From positions 1-64,000 of IMG/VR virus record IMGVR_UViG_3300043570_003132: DNA of 64,000 bases. One strand, written 5' to 3'. Origin of the DNA: an uncultured virus (IMG/VR IMGVR_UViG_3300043570_003132) (Duplodnaviria > Heunggongvirae > Uroviricota > Caudoviricetes). Position numbers and translations under genes: made by a program. The stretch's first letter is position 1, and each line of letters starts with the position of its first letter. Positions 9,757 through 19,557 of the stretch are shown one piece after another. The notes under the pieces were generated by a model. The model saw nothing but the letters and a program-made list of their open reading frames with translations. It was not told the origin of the DNA and ran no database searches.

Positions 9757-11886
9757 TTAAATTGGTAGAAGTTTTTCGAGTTTTTCTATAACTTCTCCTC
9801 CTGTGATAGTTTTTGAACATTCAAACTGATTTTCTGTCTTCTCATGAATGGGACACCAATTCCAATTACCTGGATCAAATTCATGGTTAGACCAACAACT
9901 ATTACATACATTTTTATTGATTACCCTTGTTACACCGTCTAATGGTTCTAAATCTACGTCAGTAAAACCTGAAATAATTACTGTAGGGGTTCCTGACGCC
10001 CAAGATAACCAACTTAATCCACTGCTTATACCTATAAATAATTCAGACTCTTGTAAAACTTTTATGATATCGGTCAGTTTACTCTTAGGTTGTACCGTAA
10101 TTCCTTTAGGATGTTTGTTACCCATGTAACCATCTTCCTCACGAGATAAGAGTCTAACTTCATAATTCTTAGCTTTAAGATAATCTACCACCTCCTGCCA
10201 ACCAGTCGGGTTATTCCAATATTTACATTGAGCTGTTGAATGAATAGCAATTGAAACCAATTTTTTCTTCTTCTTACCTAATTTCTTTAATTTAGGTTTA
10301 AGTTCCAAATAATCTAATCCAAGAATGTCGGACGCCACTTTCATTAATGGTTCCCTTTTAGGATCGTTGTAATGTTTTGTGTTATCAATTTTACGATCAT
10401 TGGTATAAAATAAACCTAAACGATACAACGCATGTATATTATTTACATTTGATCCAGGTAAAACGAACTCAATATCGGGATACTGATCTTTGAATAGATC
10501 GTTATTGAATGATGAACAAATTACTTTACATTTATTATCTGTTCTAAATTTCTCAACATATGGTATCCAAGCCAAACTATCTCCTAATGATTTAGATTCA
10601 AAACATATCATTACTCTTTTATCCGTTAAATCAAAATTATACTCTTGGTAGAAATTATTATCAACGCCTTTAATTTTAATTAACCAATCTACATAGTATT
10701 TTTTAGACGACCTAACCCAATGATTACTCTTTAAATTAAACTCAAATTCTAATTTACCATTTTTCTTATCTATAAATTTAACATTATAAAGATAATCACC
10801 TTCTTCTAATACCTCAACAAATGGACCATCAACAAAATGTATGTTAGTTCTTCTATTTGTGTTAACATTATTTCTTGATAGTTTATTCTTTCTTCTAAAC
10901 TCATTCATTTCATCTTTAAGTTCCTGTGTGAATATTTCCAATCCTTGATGACGTACTTCAACTACTTCATTTTGTTTATATTCACCGAGTCTTTCTAATT
11001 TGTATTCACCCTTTTTAACTGTATGGAATTTTTTATATGTTCCATAGTTAACTTCAATTAAATAATCCTTATCGGCTGGTTGTTCTGAAAATCCGGATAT
11101 AAAATGAATAAACAATTGTCCCGCATCATCAACACCTAAATAAGTTTGTAAACGTGCACCATTTTTTAATATACCATTTCTGTTCCATACCGCAAACATA
11201 TTAAGTTCATTATCATTAGGGATATACTTACTAACAAATATACTATTGGTAACCTTCTTAATTGATTGGTATAATTGTTTTTCTAATTGCCATCTATCGG
11301 GTTTACCCTTGAAGTATTCTTCTTTACTATTAATAAGACTAATCATCTTTAACGCAACATCGGTCTTAATTGAAAAGATATAAGCTGAACTATATGGATT
11401 ACTTTCTTTTGTTGATCCTTCTGAATACTCGTAAACCACGGCATCATTACTTCTAATATATTCCATAAATGCTTGACGATACTGAATTTCATCTGGTAAG
11501 TTATCATACTCTAAGAAATGAATATATTGTTTACCTAATTGTTTAACAAGATTGAAAGCATTTTTCATTGTCAACCAAATTGCATAGTCGTGATGAAAAT
11601 CTATTTTATTAGTTATCTTATATGAACCCATATCGGTCCATCTATCACTATTAATACCATACTCAGCAAAATCCTTTTCTAATAATATGTCGTTATTACC
11701 ATCATATAGATAGTAATCTGCTAACACTTGTATCTCAGGTGAAACTGCATAATGTCCACATAATATAATGGGACAGTTATAAACCTTTAAACTTATAAGT
11801 AATTTCTTTAAAACATTTTCTTTATCTTTATTATCAGGCCAGCAGTCAACTACAAAAACATCATCATTAAATTGTGTATATCCCAT
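9757..11886 (-). CDS. Autotransporter O-heptosyltransferase-like (TibC/AAH type) C-terminal domain with N-terminal GT-like extension
   Basis: SKSLGDSLAWIPY, HSTAQCKYWNNPTGWQEVVDYL, FIGISSGLSWLSW, four-Cys motif CNSCW...WCPIH...FECSKTI. Confidence 0.8.
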   Translation of the reverse strand: MGYTQFNDDVFVVDCWPDNKDKENVLKKLLISLKVYNCPIILCGHYAVSPEIQVLADYYLYDGNNDILLEKDFAEYGINSDRWTDMGSYKITNKIDFHHDYAIWLTMKNAFNLVKQLGKQYIHFLEYDNLPDEIQYRQAFMEYIRSNDAVVYEYSEGSTKESNPYSSAYIFSIKTDVALKMISLINSKEEYFKGKPDRWQLEKQLYQSIKKVTNSIFVSKYIPNDNELNMFAVWNRNGILKNGARLQTYLGVDDAGQLFIHFISGFSEQPADKDYLIEVNYGTYKKFHTVKKGEYKLERLGEYKQNEVVEVRHQGLEIFTQELKDEMNEFRRKNKLSRNNVNTNRRTNIHFVDGPFVEVLEEGDYLYNVKFIDKKNGKLEFEFNLKSNHWVRSSKKYYVDWLIKIKGVDNNFYQEYNFDLTDKRVMICFESKSLGDSLAWIPYVEKFRTDNKCKVICSSFNNDLFKDQYPDIEFVLPGSNVNNIHALYRLGLFYTNDRKIDNTKHYNDPKREPLMKVASDILGLDYLELKPKLKKLGKKKKKLVSIAIHSTAQCKYWNNPTGWQEVVDYLKAKNYEVRLLSREEDGYMGNKHPKGITVQPKSKLTDIIKVLQESELFIGISSGLSWLSWASGTPTVIISGFTDVDLEPLDGVTRVINKNVCNSCWSNHEFDPGNWNWCPIHEKTENQFECSKTITGGEVIEKLEKLLPI

Positions 11887-12554
11887 TATCTTTTTCTTAT
11901 TAAAATTATTCCATTAAGGAAGGTTATTGATTCTATATCAGTTCTACAATCAGGTTGTACTTTATTTGAATATGGTATTAGTTTATCTTCTCGTCGATCC
12001 CATACTGCGGCTTGATCATCTAAGTTCTCAACACCTCTAAAGTTAATATCATCCGTTAATTTCTTGAAGTATTCCATCATACTCTTAGGGTCATTTAAAC
12101 CTCCACCGTACCAAGGGAAATAGGATGTTGCAACATCTTCAACAATGTACATGCCACCCGATTTAACGTATTGAAATAGTGTTTTAAATGAATAAATAAC
12201 ATGTTCATTCAAATGTGATCCGTCATCTAATATAAAATCAAATGGACCATATTCATTTGAAATTTGATTTAAAAACTTATCATCATCTTGTGAACCTATT
12301 TCAACAAAAATTCTATCTTCCTCATATTTTTTACAATCAGGATTGATGTCAATACCTAAAATATTAGAACGATAATAATAATCCTTCCAAGTTAATAGTG
12401 ATTTACCATCTAAGACACCAATCTCCAATATGTTTAATTTATCATATCTGTTAAATGGTAAATACTTTTCATATTTAACACAATAATTGTGATTGTCGGA
12501 AGACTTATCAGTTCCGTATACTTTAGCCAAATTATCTAATGTACTCATTTCCAA
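11886..12554 (-). CDS. Class I SAM-dependent (sugar O-)methyltransferase
   Basis: YGTDK, LEIGV, GIDI, GSQDD, FDFILDDGSH, GGMYIVED. Confidence 0.85.
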   Translation of the reverse strand: MEMSTLDNLAKVYGTDKSSDNHNYCVKYEKYLPFNRYDKLNILEIGVLDGKSLLTWKDYYYRSNILGIDINPDCKKYEEDRIFVEIGSQDDDKFLNQISNEYGPFDFILDDGSHLNEHVIYSFKTLFQYVKSGGMYIVEDVATSYFPWYGGGLNDPKSMMEYFKKLTDDINFRGVENLDDQAAVWDRREDKLIPYSNKVQPDCRTDIESITFLNGIILIRKR

Positions 12555-15280
12555 AAATATATCATTTGTAAACTGTTATTATTACCCATAAATAATAGAT
12601 ATGAATTGAATCCTAATCCATTCATTTTATTTATAAAATTTGTTCTTAATTCATCATCAAAATCAAAATGACTATGATGATATTCCATTGCTATGGTTTT
12701 AACTTTTTGTAAGTTCTCATCACTGATACCCGCAAATGCTGCATGTTCTGCTCCTTCAATATCGACCTTAAGGAAATCAATATGATCCACCAAACCACTT
12801 TCAAAAAGATAGTTTAATGTATATGTTTTAACACTATATCCTTCCTGACCTTCAATACCAAAAACATTTGATCCTCCTAAGTGAGTACTCTCATATAAAT
12901 TCAATTCTCCAATTTCATGTGCAGCAGCCGCATTAAATAATATTGAACGTGGGTCAGCATTAAGTGACAGTAATTTAAAATATCGTCTATCTGGTTCAAA
13001 TGAAATTACTTTACTTGCACCTTGACTATACGCCCATCTATTAAAGATACCCATATTACCTCCCAAGTCAACAACAATATCACCTTCATTTATTCTTCTT
13101 TCATTACCACCCTTATAATAATCATGTAAATTGAATATCTCATGATAGATTGCTCTTGCCCATCCATATTTGTCCGCAATTTCTATTGTTCCACCCTCAA
13201 CATCTTTGATGTCACCTAAGTTCTCTAACTTATATGTATTAACATCTAATGATGTATAAAATTGTTCTGATTTATAAAAACTATTATCACGTTTCATCTT
13301 AATGAAGTCCATCATAAAATCGGACATCTGTGCATTCTTATTACCGTGGAAATAAAGAATTTGATTCTTATCTTTTGGTATTGCTTGGTACCCAAATATT
13401 CTATTGAAGTTTTGTGGTCCTTCTTCATTCCAAAACTTTAAGAAATGATGTTGTGTTTCATTTGTCATTCCATCATCTCCGTCGTAAGATGATGTGTCAA
13501 AATTAGATAGTGGTAAATGTTTTTTAAAATTATATTTCCATCTCATTGCATTATCAATACCCTCATCGTTCCATAGGTATAGTCGTTTGTAATCTTTACC
13601 TCCATCTTTCATTACTTCCACATAATGATTAAGGATCTCTTCAAACCACCATTTACATTCTTTATTATAGACATACATACAAACATGCATATAAGGTTGT
13701 TGTTTTTGAACTCCCCATTCTTTTGCAACTTGTTCGTTGAATAGTTGTGAATTTTTTCCATCATCATACCAACCAAAGAATTCTTCCTGAACATGTACAT
13801 CAGATATTGGATAGTTCTCAATCTCTTTGAAATAAGATTTAATATTATCTACGTTGTAGTTTACGACAACATCACCATCCATCCAAACGTAATTATCAAA
13901 TCCTTCATTAATAGATTCAATACATGCCATTTGTTTCCAATACCATTTATCGTGTTCAGATATCTTTGGTGTTGTTATCGTTCTTTTGATAATATTTGGA
14001 TAGTCAAATGGAACCTCACAATCAATACCATATACTATAATCTTACGTTTAGAAAATTCTAATAATGATTGAACTAACTTTTCAATAACCGGCATGTATC
14101 CGATATTACCAGTTGTGATGAAAGCAAAGTCATCAAATTTATTTTCAAGTATATCTGAAGCACCCTTTGCAACAGTACTCCAATTAAACTCTTCATGTAT
14201 TTCTTTTGATTCAGCCACAGCAAATGATTTATGTCGTTTATATTCGTTAAATGCACTTAACATTTGTTCTCCCAAATTATTCCAATCAGGTTCACAATAT
14301 TCACCAGGGAAATCTTTATGTTCCACATTAGCAGGTCTTAATCCATCTATCTTTACAGGAATACCTTTACCTTCCGCAAACTGTAATTGACCTCCCCAAT
14401 CTGAGTAAATTGACGGTGTTCCACAAGCCATAGCTTCAATCAACGGTAAGTTCCATCCTTCACTACGTGCACATGTAACAAACACATCACCCTCTTGCAA
14501 ATATTTTACATATTCTTCCTGTGGTGTGAATTTTATAAATTTAATGTTCGTTGTGTCTATATTGTGATGTTTAACCCTATCTTCAGTTGTTTTAAGTCCG
14601 TCAAATGGATAAGGGTTTTCAACTGATGCAATTAACTCCACATCATCCCTATCTTTAAATGTCTTACTAAACGCACTTAAAACCTCTGTAGTTCCCTTTC
14701 TATAATCCCATCTACCAAAATGTAAGAACCTAAATTTGTCCTTCTTTGATGTCTTAGTTAACGGTTTAAATGTATCTACATCAACTCCCTCAGGAACTAT
14801 TGATATTTTATGTGATGGATAACCCTGTTCAACCAAACAATCAAATTGCCATTGTGTTGGAACCCATACCTCGTCAAAGTAATGTAATCTTTTAAAGAAA
14901 TTATCGGGATAACGTGTTGATTCCCAAACATTATAAGCTATTTTATAACCATCATAGTCATCATAAAAATAACGATTGTTAGTATCAACCAAAACAATAT
15001 GAACGTCAGGTTTATAACCACCATCATATCCATAGATTGGGTAATCCGACCTACTACCATCCGAATTATTAAGAGTTTGAAGAATTAACATATCCTTCAT
15101 CTCATCTGTAATATAAGGTTCATTATCGTGTGGGGTATCATTCATACCCTTCCAACCCCCACCTATAGTGGAGTTTCTAACCTTTACTGTGTGGTATTTG
15201 TTCAGAGCACAAAAAAAGGACTTTGCGTGGTTAGCATATCCTGTTACTCCAATAAAACATGTATGTACAAGTATTTTCAT
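12545..15280 (-). CDS. Three-domain fusion: GT4 glycosyltransferase + GT-A-like domain + FkbM-family methyltransferase
   Basis: GRWDYRKG and RSEGWNLPLIEAMACGTP (GT4); WMDGDVVV (GT-A DxD); VVDLGGNMGIF, SFEPD, LKVDIEGAE (FkbM). Confidence 0.85.
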   Translation of the reverse strand: MKILVHTCFIGVTGYANHAKSFFCALNKYHTVKVRNSTIGGGWKGMNDTPHDNEPYITDEMKDMLILQTLNNSDGSRSDYPIYGYDGGYKPDVHIVLVDTNNRYFYDDYDGYKIAYNVWESTRYPDNFFKRLHYFDEVWVPTQWQFDCLVEQGYPSHKISIVPEGVDVDTFKPLTKTSKKDKFRFLHFGRWDYRKGTTEVLSAFSKTFKDRDDVELIASVENPYPFDGLKTTEDRVKHHNIDTTNIKFIKFTPQEEYVKYLQEGDVFVTCARSEGWNLPLIEAMACGTPSIYSDWGGQLQFAEGKGIPVKIDGLRPANVEHKDFPGEYCEPDWNNLGEQMLSAFNEYKRHKSFAVAESKEIHEEFNWSTVAKGASDILENKFDDFAFITTGNIGYMPVIEKLVQSLLEFSKRKIIVYGIDCEVPFDYPNIIKRTITTPKISEHDKWYWKQMACIESINEGFDNYVWMDGDVVVNYNVDNIKSYFKEIENYPISDVHVQEEFFGWYDDGKNSQLFNEQVAKEWGVQKQQPYMHVCMYVYNKECKWWFEEILNHYVEVMKDGGKDYKRLYLWNDEGIDNAMRWKYNFKKHLPLSNFDTSSYDGDDGMTNETQHHFLKFWNEEGPQNFNRIFGYQAIPKDKNQILYFHGNKNAQMSDFMMDFIKMKRDNSFYKSEQFYTSLDVNTYKLENLGDIKDVEGGTIEIADKYGWARAIYHEIFNLHDYYKGGNERRINEGDIVVDLGGNMGIFNRWAYSQGASKVISFEPDRRYFKLLSLNADPRSILFNAAAAHEIGELNLYESTHLGGSNVFGIEGQEGYSVKTYTLNYLFESGLVDHIDFLKVDIEGAEHAAFAGISDENLQKVKTIAMEYHHSHFDFDDELRTNFINKMNGLGFNSYLLFMGNNNSLQMIYFWK

Positions 15281-15287
15281 TAATGAT

Positions 15288-15315
15288 AATATAATGAAAA
15301 TATGTGAAAAATCAA
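15288..15315 (-). promoter_or_regulatory. Sigma70-like promoter TTGATT-N16-TATATT
   Basis: Minus-strand tttgatttttcacatattttcattatattatcattaATG. Confidence 0.55.
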
Positions 15316-16124
15316 ATCAAATTTTGTTTATTTTTTGGTAAATAATTTATATAACTTGGGAAATTTTTTGATATAAAATCATGTAGTTTATTTGCATAGG
15401 TCTTATTATGGTTAGGCCCTGGATGTCCATTATCCACACCTAAATCTAAATATTTCCCATAATCACCATCAAATCTGTTGAGTTCATTATGATCTATCGA
15501 TGTTATTTCTCTAACATTCCAACCATTCCATACCCAATTACAATTTTTAGATTCTAAAAAATATTTTATTAATAAATGATTTTTATACCAATTTACGGTA
15601 TCCTCATTATAATTTTGTAAATAAGTTAAATATTCTTGTGTTTTAATACCATCATCAGTTTCTTTTAAATAACCCCAAGAAGCCGTTGGCATGAACGGTT
15701 CAATACCACAATCTTTAGTATATATTTCTCTTCTTAAAGGTGAAGGATACATTATAAATATTAAATCAGGTTTTATTACATCATAATACGTTAATAAACA
15801 TCTAACAATGAAATCATTACTTCTACCGCCAGCACCAAAATTAAAATTAACACCATTTGGTATCAATGATGTGAATTGAGCTGGCCAAGTTTCATGATCA
15901 TTAACCGCAACACCTTCGGTATTTGAACATCCAAATGACATAATTTTAAACCCTTCTCTTTTAATACTATCACCTCTAAATCCTAATTCATTATATGTGT
16001 ATGTACATAAACCTGTGTTGTCTGTACCTGATGTTTTAAATATTTTGTTTTTTCGTTCACCTAATTTAAACTTGTACGATGAGATTTCAAATTCATTAGG
16101 GTCCCAATATTTTAGTGGATTCAT
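15312..16124 (-). CDS. SGNH/GDSL-like hydrolase or acyltransferase
   Basis: YNELGFRGD, FGCSNTEG, NFGAGGRSND, D-x-x-HP (DNGHPGP). Confidence 0.7.
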   Translation of the reverse strand: MNPLKYWDPNEFEISSYKFKLGERKNKIFKTSGTDNTGLCTYTYNELGFRGDSIKREGFKIMSFGCSNTEGVAVNDHETWPAQFTSLIPNGVNFNFGAGGRSNDFIVRCLLTYYDVIKPDLIFIMYPSPLRREIYTKDCGIEPFMPTASWGYLKETDDGIKTQEYLTYLQNYNEDTVNWYKNHLLIKYFLESKNCNWVWNGWNVREITSIDHNELNRFDGDYGKYLDLGVDNGHPGPNHNKTYANKLHDFISKNFPSYINYLPKNKQNLI

Positions 16125-16621
16125 ATTAATTTATTTGTTTCTATTTTTATATGTTCGTTTTCTAAAAACCATAATAAAGAATATCGTACACCTTCTAAAA
16201 TTGGTGTTATTTCATGGTCTATTCTTACATCAAATAAATATGTATTCCCAATAACTTTATCTAATGTAATTTCATTTGGGTTATACAATTTAAAGTCACC
16301 TCCTTCAAAATCACCATTTAATAAAACTCCCACTGCATATAATCTATTATTTCTAATATCATTATGTTTTCCAAACCAATCACCTTTTACAAATTTATGA
16401 AAATGTATAACTTCTTTATTTTTTTTTATCCGTATGTTTGATTGTTCTTCAAAAAATGTTTTAAGTTTATCAAACAACCATTTCGTTTCCAACGAATATG
16501 TAATTGATTGTGAATTATATTTTCTATCACTCATTATCCAATTTTTAATATGGGTGTCGTTATACGATATTATAGATTCACACTCCTCTTTATTAAATAA
16601 GACTTGTTCCTTTATTAACAT
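16121..16621 (-). CDS. 2OG-Fe(II) oxygenase (prolyl hydroxylase-like)
   Basis: KHND, LNGDFEGGDF, HEITPILEGVRYSL. Confidence 0.85.
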   Translation of the reverse strand: MLIKEQVLFNKEECESIISYNDTHIKNWIMSDRKYNSQSITYSLETKWLFDKLKTFFEEQSNIRIKKNKEVIHFHKFVKGDWFGKHNDIRNNRLYAVGVLLNGDFEGGDFKLYNPNEITLDKVIGNTYLFDVRIDHEITPILEGVRYSLLWFLENEHIKIETNKLI

Positions 16622-17153
16622 TTATTCTATATTTTTCTCCGTAAGGAAAATTTTTATTTTCTAATTCAACCATATTTAAATAATCTAATATTTTTTGAAA
16701 ACCATTATTGTAATATAGTTCTTCATATGATATATTAAAATAATCTTTATTTAAATAATTTTCTTTTAATCCGTTTTTGATTTGATTAAAATATGATACA
16801 TCTCCGTCTTTTATTAAATTTTCTTTAAATACCCATGCTTTATCCCAATTATTTGTTTTATTAGCATTTAACCAAGATTCACTTTGTTCACTTATATTTT
16901 CTCTATATAAAATAATTACCTTATCTGATATTTCTATTAATTCTGAAAAATCTGTTTTAATATCATATGTTTCTTTAATTAAAATGTGTGGTGTTTTATA
17001 TTCCCACAATTTTGGTGATACACCATGTTTATACCACTTCCAATTTGGACTTGTTATGGGTTCAAATAATGTGGTAAAATTTTTATTACTAAAAAACCAA
17101 TTAGTTAAGTTGGTTGATCCACTTCGTGGTTCTGCTAGTATTGTTATAACCAT
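16593..17153 (-). CDS. Sulfotransferase-like protein
   Basis: PRSGST 5'-PSB-like loop, LFEP, ILYREN, SYEEL. Confidence 0.7.
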   Translation of the reverse strand: MVITILAEPRSGSTNLTNWFFSNKNFTTLFEPITSPNWKWYKHGVSPKLWEYKTPHILIKETYDIKTDFSELIEISDKVIILYRENISEQSESWLNANKTNNWDKAWVFKENLIKDGDVSYFNQIKNGLKENYLNKDYFNISYEELYYNNGFQKILDYLNMVELENKNFPYGEKYRINVNKGTSLI

Positions 17154-17239
17154 TATTAAAAAATTGATGTTGTTAAAGCTCTCATATTAATTTATTTTAT
17201 AATTTTAATTATATGTTAAAAATTTATTACATAATAAAA

Positions 17240-17821
17240 TTATAATAATGTATTTTTTTCTTTTACATTAGAAACATTAAATTTAAAATTACCAGCAATT
17301 ACAATTCTATCTTTAGTTGAATTTGGGGAAATTTCAGGTTTGTGAAGTATTTTTGACGAAAATAAAAATAATTCGTCTTCTTCAGGTAAAACTGAAAATT
17401 CATTTTTATCAAAACTATATGAGAACATACCTTCATTACCATTTAAATTATTTGGCATTTGTACATAATAAGTGAAGGTTAAATCAGTTATAATGGAATT
17501 TTTATATTTTCCTCCCATTTTTAAATGGTCATGCCATAAAGATTGTTTTGTTTCATTTCTTGATATAAAAACCCAAGTCTCTAAACAATAATCTATAACC
17601 GTATCAATTATACCATTCTTTTTGAGATAATCAATTGCCTTTTTAGTTGCTATTTCTTTTATGAAAGTGATTTCCTTTGTGACCAATCCTAATGGAGTTT
17701 GTATACCAGGAGAATCATAATCACCTGTTTGGGATGAATATAAATTAATATTTTTTTTAAGTTGACTAATTAATATTTGTTTATCGTATGGATAATCTAT
17801 TTTATATTTTTCTATTTTCAT
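17240..17821 (-). CDS. Putative 2OG-Fe(II) oxygenase
   Basis: WHDH, TFTYYVQMP, P-EE-DELFLF...LHKP...RIVIAGN. Confidence 0.75.
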   Translation of the reverse strand: MKIEKYKIDYPYDKQILISQLKKNINLYSSQTGDYDSPGIQTPLGLVTKEITFIKEIATKKAIDYLKKNGIIDTVIDYCLETWVFISRNETKQSLWHDHLKMGGKYKNSIITDLTFTYYVQMPNNLNGNEGMFSYSFDKNEFSVLPEEDELFLFSSKILHKPEISPNSTKDRIVIAGNFKFNVSNVKEKNTLL

Positions 17822-18444
17822 ATTATACTTTTATTATTTTTAAAATCTACAATTGGTTCATCTATATTTAAAAGTTTATGTAGTTTAACATAAAAATCAT
17901 GGCACCCTTTCCAACCTGGATGCCAATCTATTGGGTCACCTCCTTCATCTGCAATAGAAGTTACTTTTATTAATTCTATAAACTCTTTTGTTTTTTCATA
18001 AAACTCATCGTTCCATGTTACAAATATTGGTTGGTGGTGGTTATAAAACATTTTTATTTTCTTAAGAAATAAAATTTCATCGTCTCGTTCACCATTTAAC
18101 CAACTATTTGTTTCTTTAATTCGTAATTCAAACAGTTTTTTTGCAAATAATTTATCCTTATACCATTCCCAATTTAAATATTTTGAATTATGATTTATTT
18201 CTCTTTCCCCAAAATATCTTCTTGGGAATCTTGATGGGGATGTAAAAACTATTATGATTCTATCACCATTTGTATAATTTGGTATATTTCCTGTTTGGTA
18301 TAATATAGAGTGATTATCAGCTCCAAATTTTCCAAATTTAATTACGTTATAATGATTGGATAGATAGTCCGTCCAATGCATTTTAGGTACTTCCCAATCA
18401 ACAAAACTATCACCACAAATATATAAATTAGATTTTTGTTTCAT
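17818..18444 (-). CDS. SGNH-like protein
   Basis: ICGDSFV, GKFGADN, DWHPG. Confidence 0.7.
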   Translation of the reverse strand: MKQKSNLYICGDSFVDWEVPKMHWTDYLSNHYNVIKFGKFGADNHSILYQTGNIPNYTNGDRIIIVFTSPSRFPRRYFGEREINHNSKYLNWEWYKDKLFAKKLFELRIKETNSWLNGERDDEILFLKKIKMFYNHHQPIFVTWNDEFYEKTKEFIELIKVTSIADEGGDPIDWHPGWKGCHDFYVKLHKLLNIDEPIVDFKNNKSII

Positions 18445-19127
18445 TACACTAATCTCATATTTTTGGTGAAGGGCTTTTCAAAAACATCCCAAACCCATTT
18501 TTTTAATTCATCATTAACTTCAATTTTATTTTTTATTTTTGATGTTCCATTCATTTTTTTAATTTTTAATACTACACCAAATTTTTCATATATTAAATTT
18601 TTGAATTTATCTATTTCGGAAATATCAAATTCATAATCACATTTTGTGTTATCTGTCCAATAATTCTTACATGCAAATATCGATAACGTATCGGGTAAGT
18701 TTTTATTTATTACATTAAAAAATTTACTATATTCTTTTTGTATTTTATATTCATTATCACAATATATTGCATCTGCTAAATTTTTATTAAAATATTCATA
18801 AATAAAGTTATTATCAATATCCGACCAATTATATTTTAATTCGTTTCTATGAAGATGATTTGATATTTCAAAAAAATATTCCAATGCACTATACCATCTG
18901 TCAAACCAATTTCTTGTGATACAACAAGTTTTTTGAAAACCAAATTCTTCTAATAAGAAGTTTTTTCTAAAATGAAAATGGTGGTTTGTATTTATATTGG
19001 GGTAGGGTTCTTTAGATGTTAGATTTATTTGTAATTGATTATTATTTTTTAATGAATCTTCTATTGAGACAGACGCACATCTTGGAATTGAAACCCAAAT
19101 AAGTTGATTGTTAATAAGAATTGACAT
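18444..19127 (-). CDS. Sulfotransferase family 2-like protein
   Basis: WVSIPRCASVSI (cf. HIPKxAGTS), ITRNWFDRWYSA (cf. RxPxxRxxS). Confidence 0.7.
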   Translation of the reverse strand: MSILINNQLIWVSIPRCASVSIEDSLKNNNQLQINLTSKEPYPNINTNHHFHFRKNFLLEEFGFQKTCCITRNWFDRWYSALEYFFEISNHLHRNELKYNWSDIDNNFIYEYFNKNLADAIYCDNEYKIQKEYSKFFNVINKNLPDTLSIFACKNYWTDNTKCDYEFDISEIDKFKNLIYEKFGVVLKIKKMNGTSKIKNKIEVNDELKKWVWDVFEKPFTKNMRLV

Positions 19128-19411
19128 TAAATAATTTTTTCATTATTTAATTTTTTTGCAAAAAACAACTTGTCAACTTCTTCCCATTTTCCAATCGGGC
19201 ATGGATTGTTATTTTTAGAATAAATTTTTTTCATTAATGGACATCCACATAAATCACAAACTATACCTAATTTAAATTTTTTTATACGTTCTTTTTTGTG
19301 TTCACAAGAATTACAAATTTCTGAACGTTTTTGTGCAAGGGACGCTTCTGCGTCAGATGGGTTTGCTGCTGTTATCCATGCGGATACTATTTCTAATAAA
19401 TCTAAACTCAT
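19127..19411 (-). CDS. Small Cys-rich metal-binding protein (DUF6171-like)
   Basis: R-x-x-ICNSC...CDLCGCPL..K......CPIGKW. Confidence 0.7.
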   Translation of the reverse strand: MSLDLLEIVSAWITAANPSDAEASLAQKRSEICNSCEHKKERIKKFKLGIVCDLCGCPLMKKIYSKNNNPCPIGKWEEVDKLFFAKKLNNEKII

Positions 19412-19449
19412 TGATTAAATATAACTAATTAAACGATAGGTGTAATTTT

Positions 19450-19536
19450 TTAAGAATTTTCGTTAATAATTAATGCACCGATTTGGGTCATTAAATTATT
19501 CATTTCTAATATTTCTTGTTCTGTTATTGTATTCAT
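19450..19536 (-). CDS. Unannotated 28-aa ORF
   Basis: MNTITEQEILEMNNLMTQIGALIINENS*; fills the gap between the Hint gene and the Cys-rich gene; amphipathic helix pattern. Confidence 0.5.
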   Translation of the reverse strand: MNTITEQEILEMNNLMTQIGALIINENS

Positions 19537-19557
19537 AATATAAATTTTAATAGTTTT

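Noticed and set aside
17156..17185. 9-codon ORF MRALTTSIF
   Set aside because: Too short; no supporting signal
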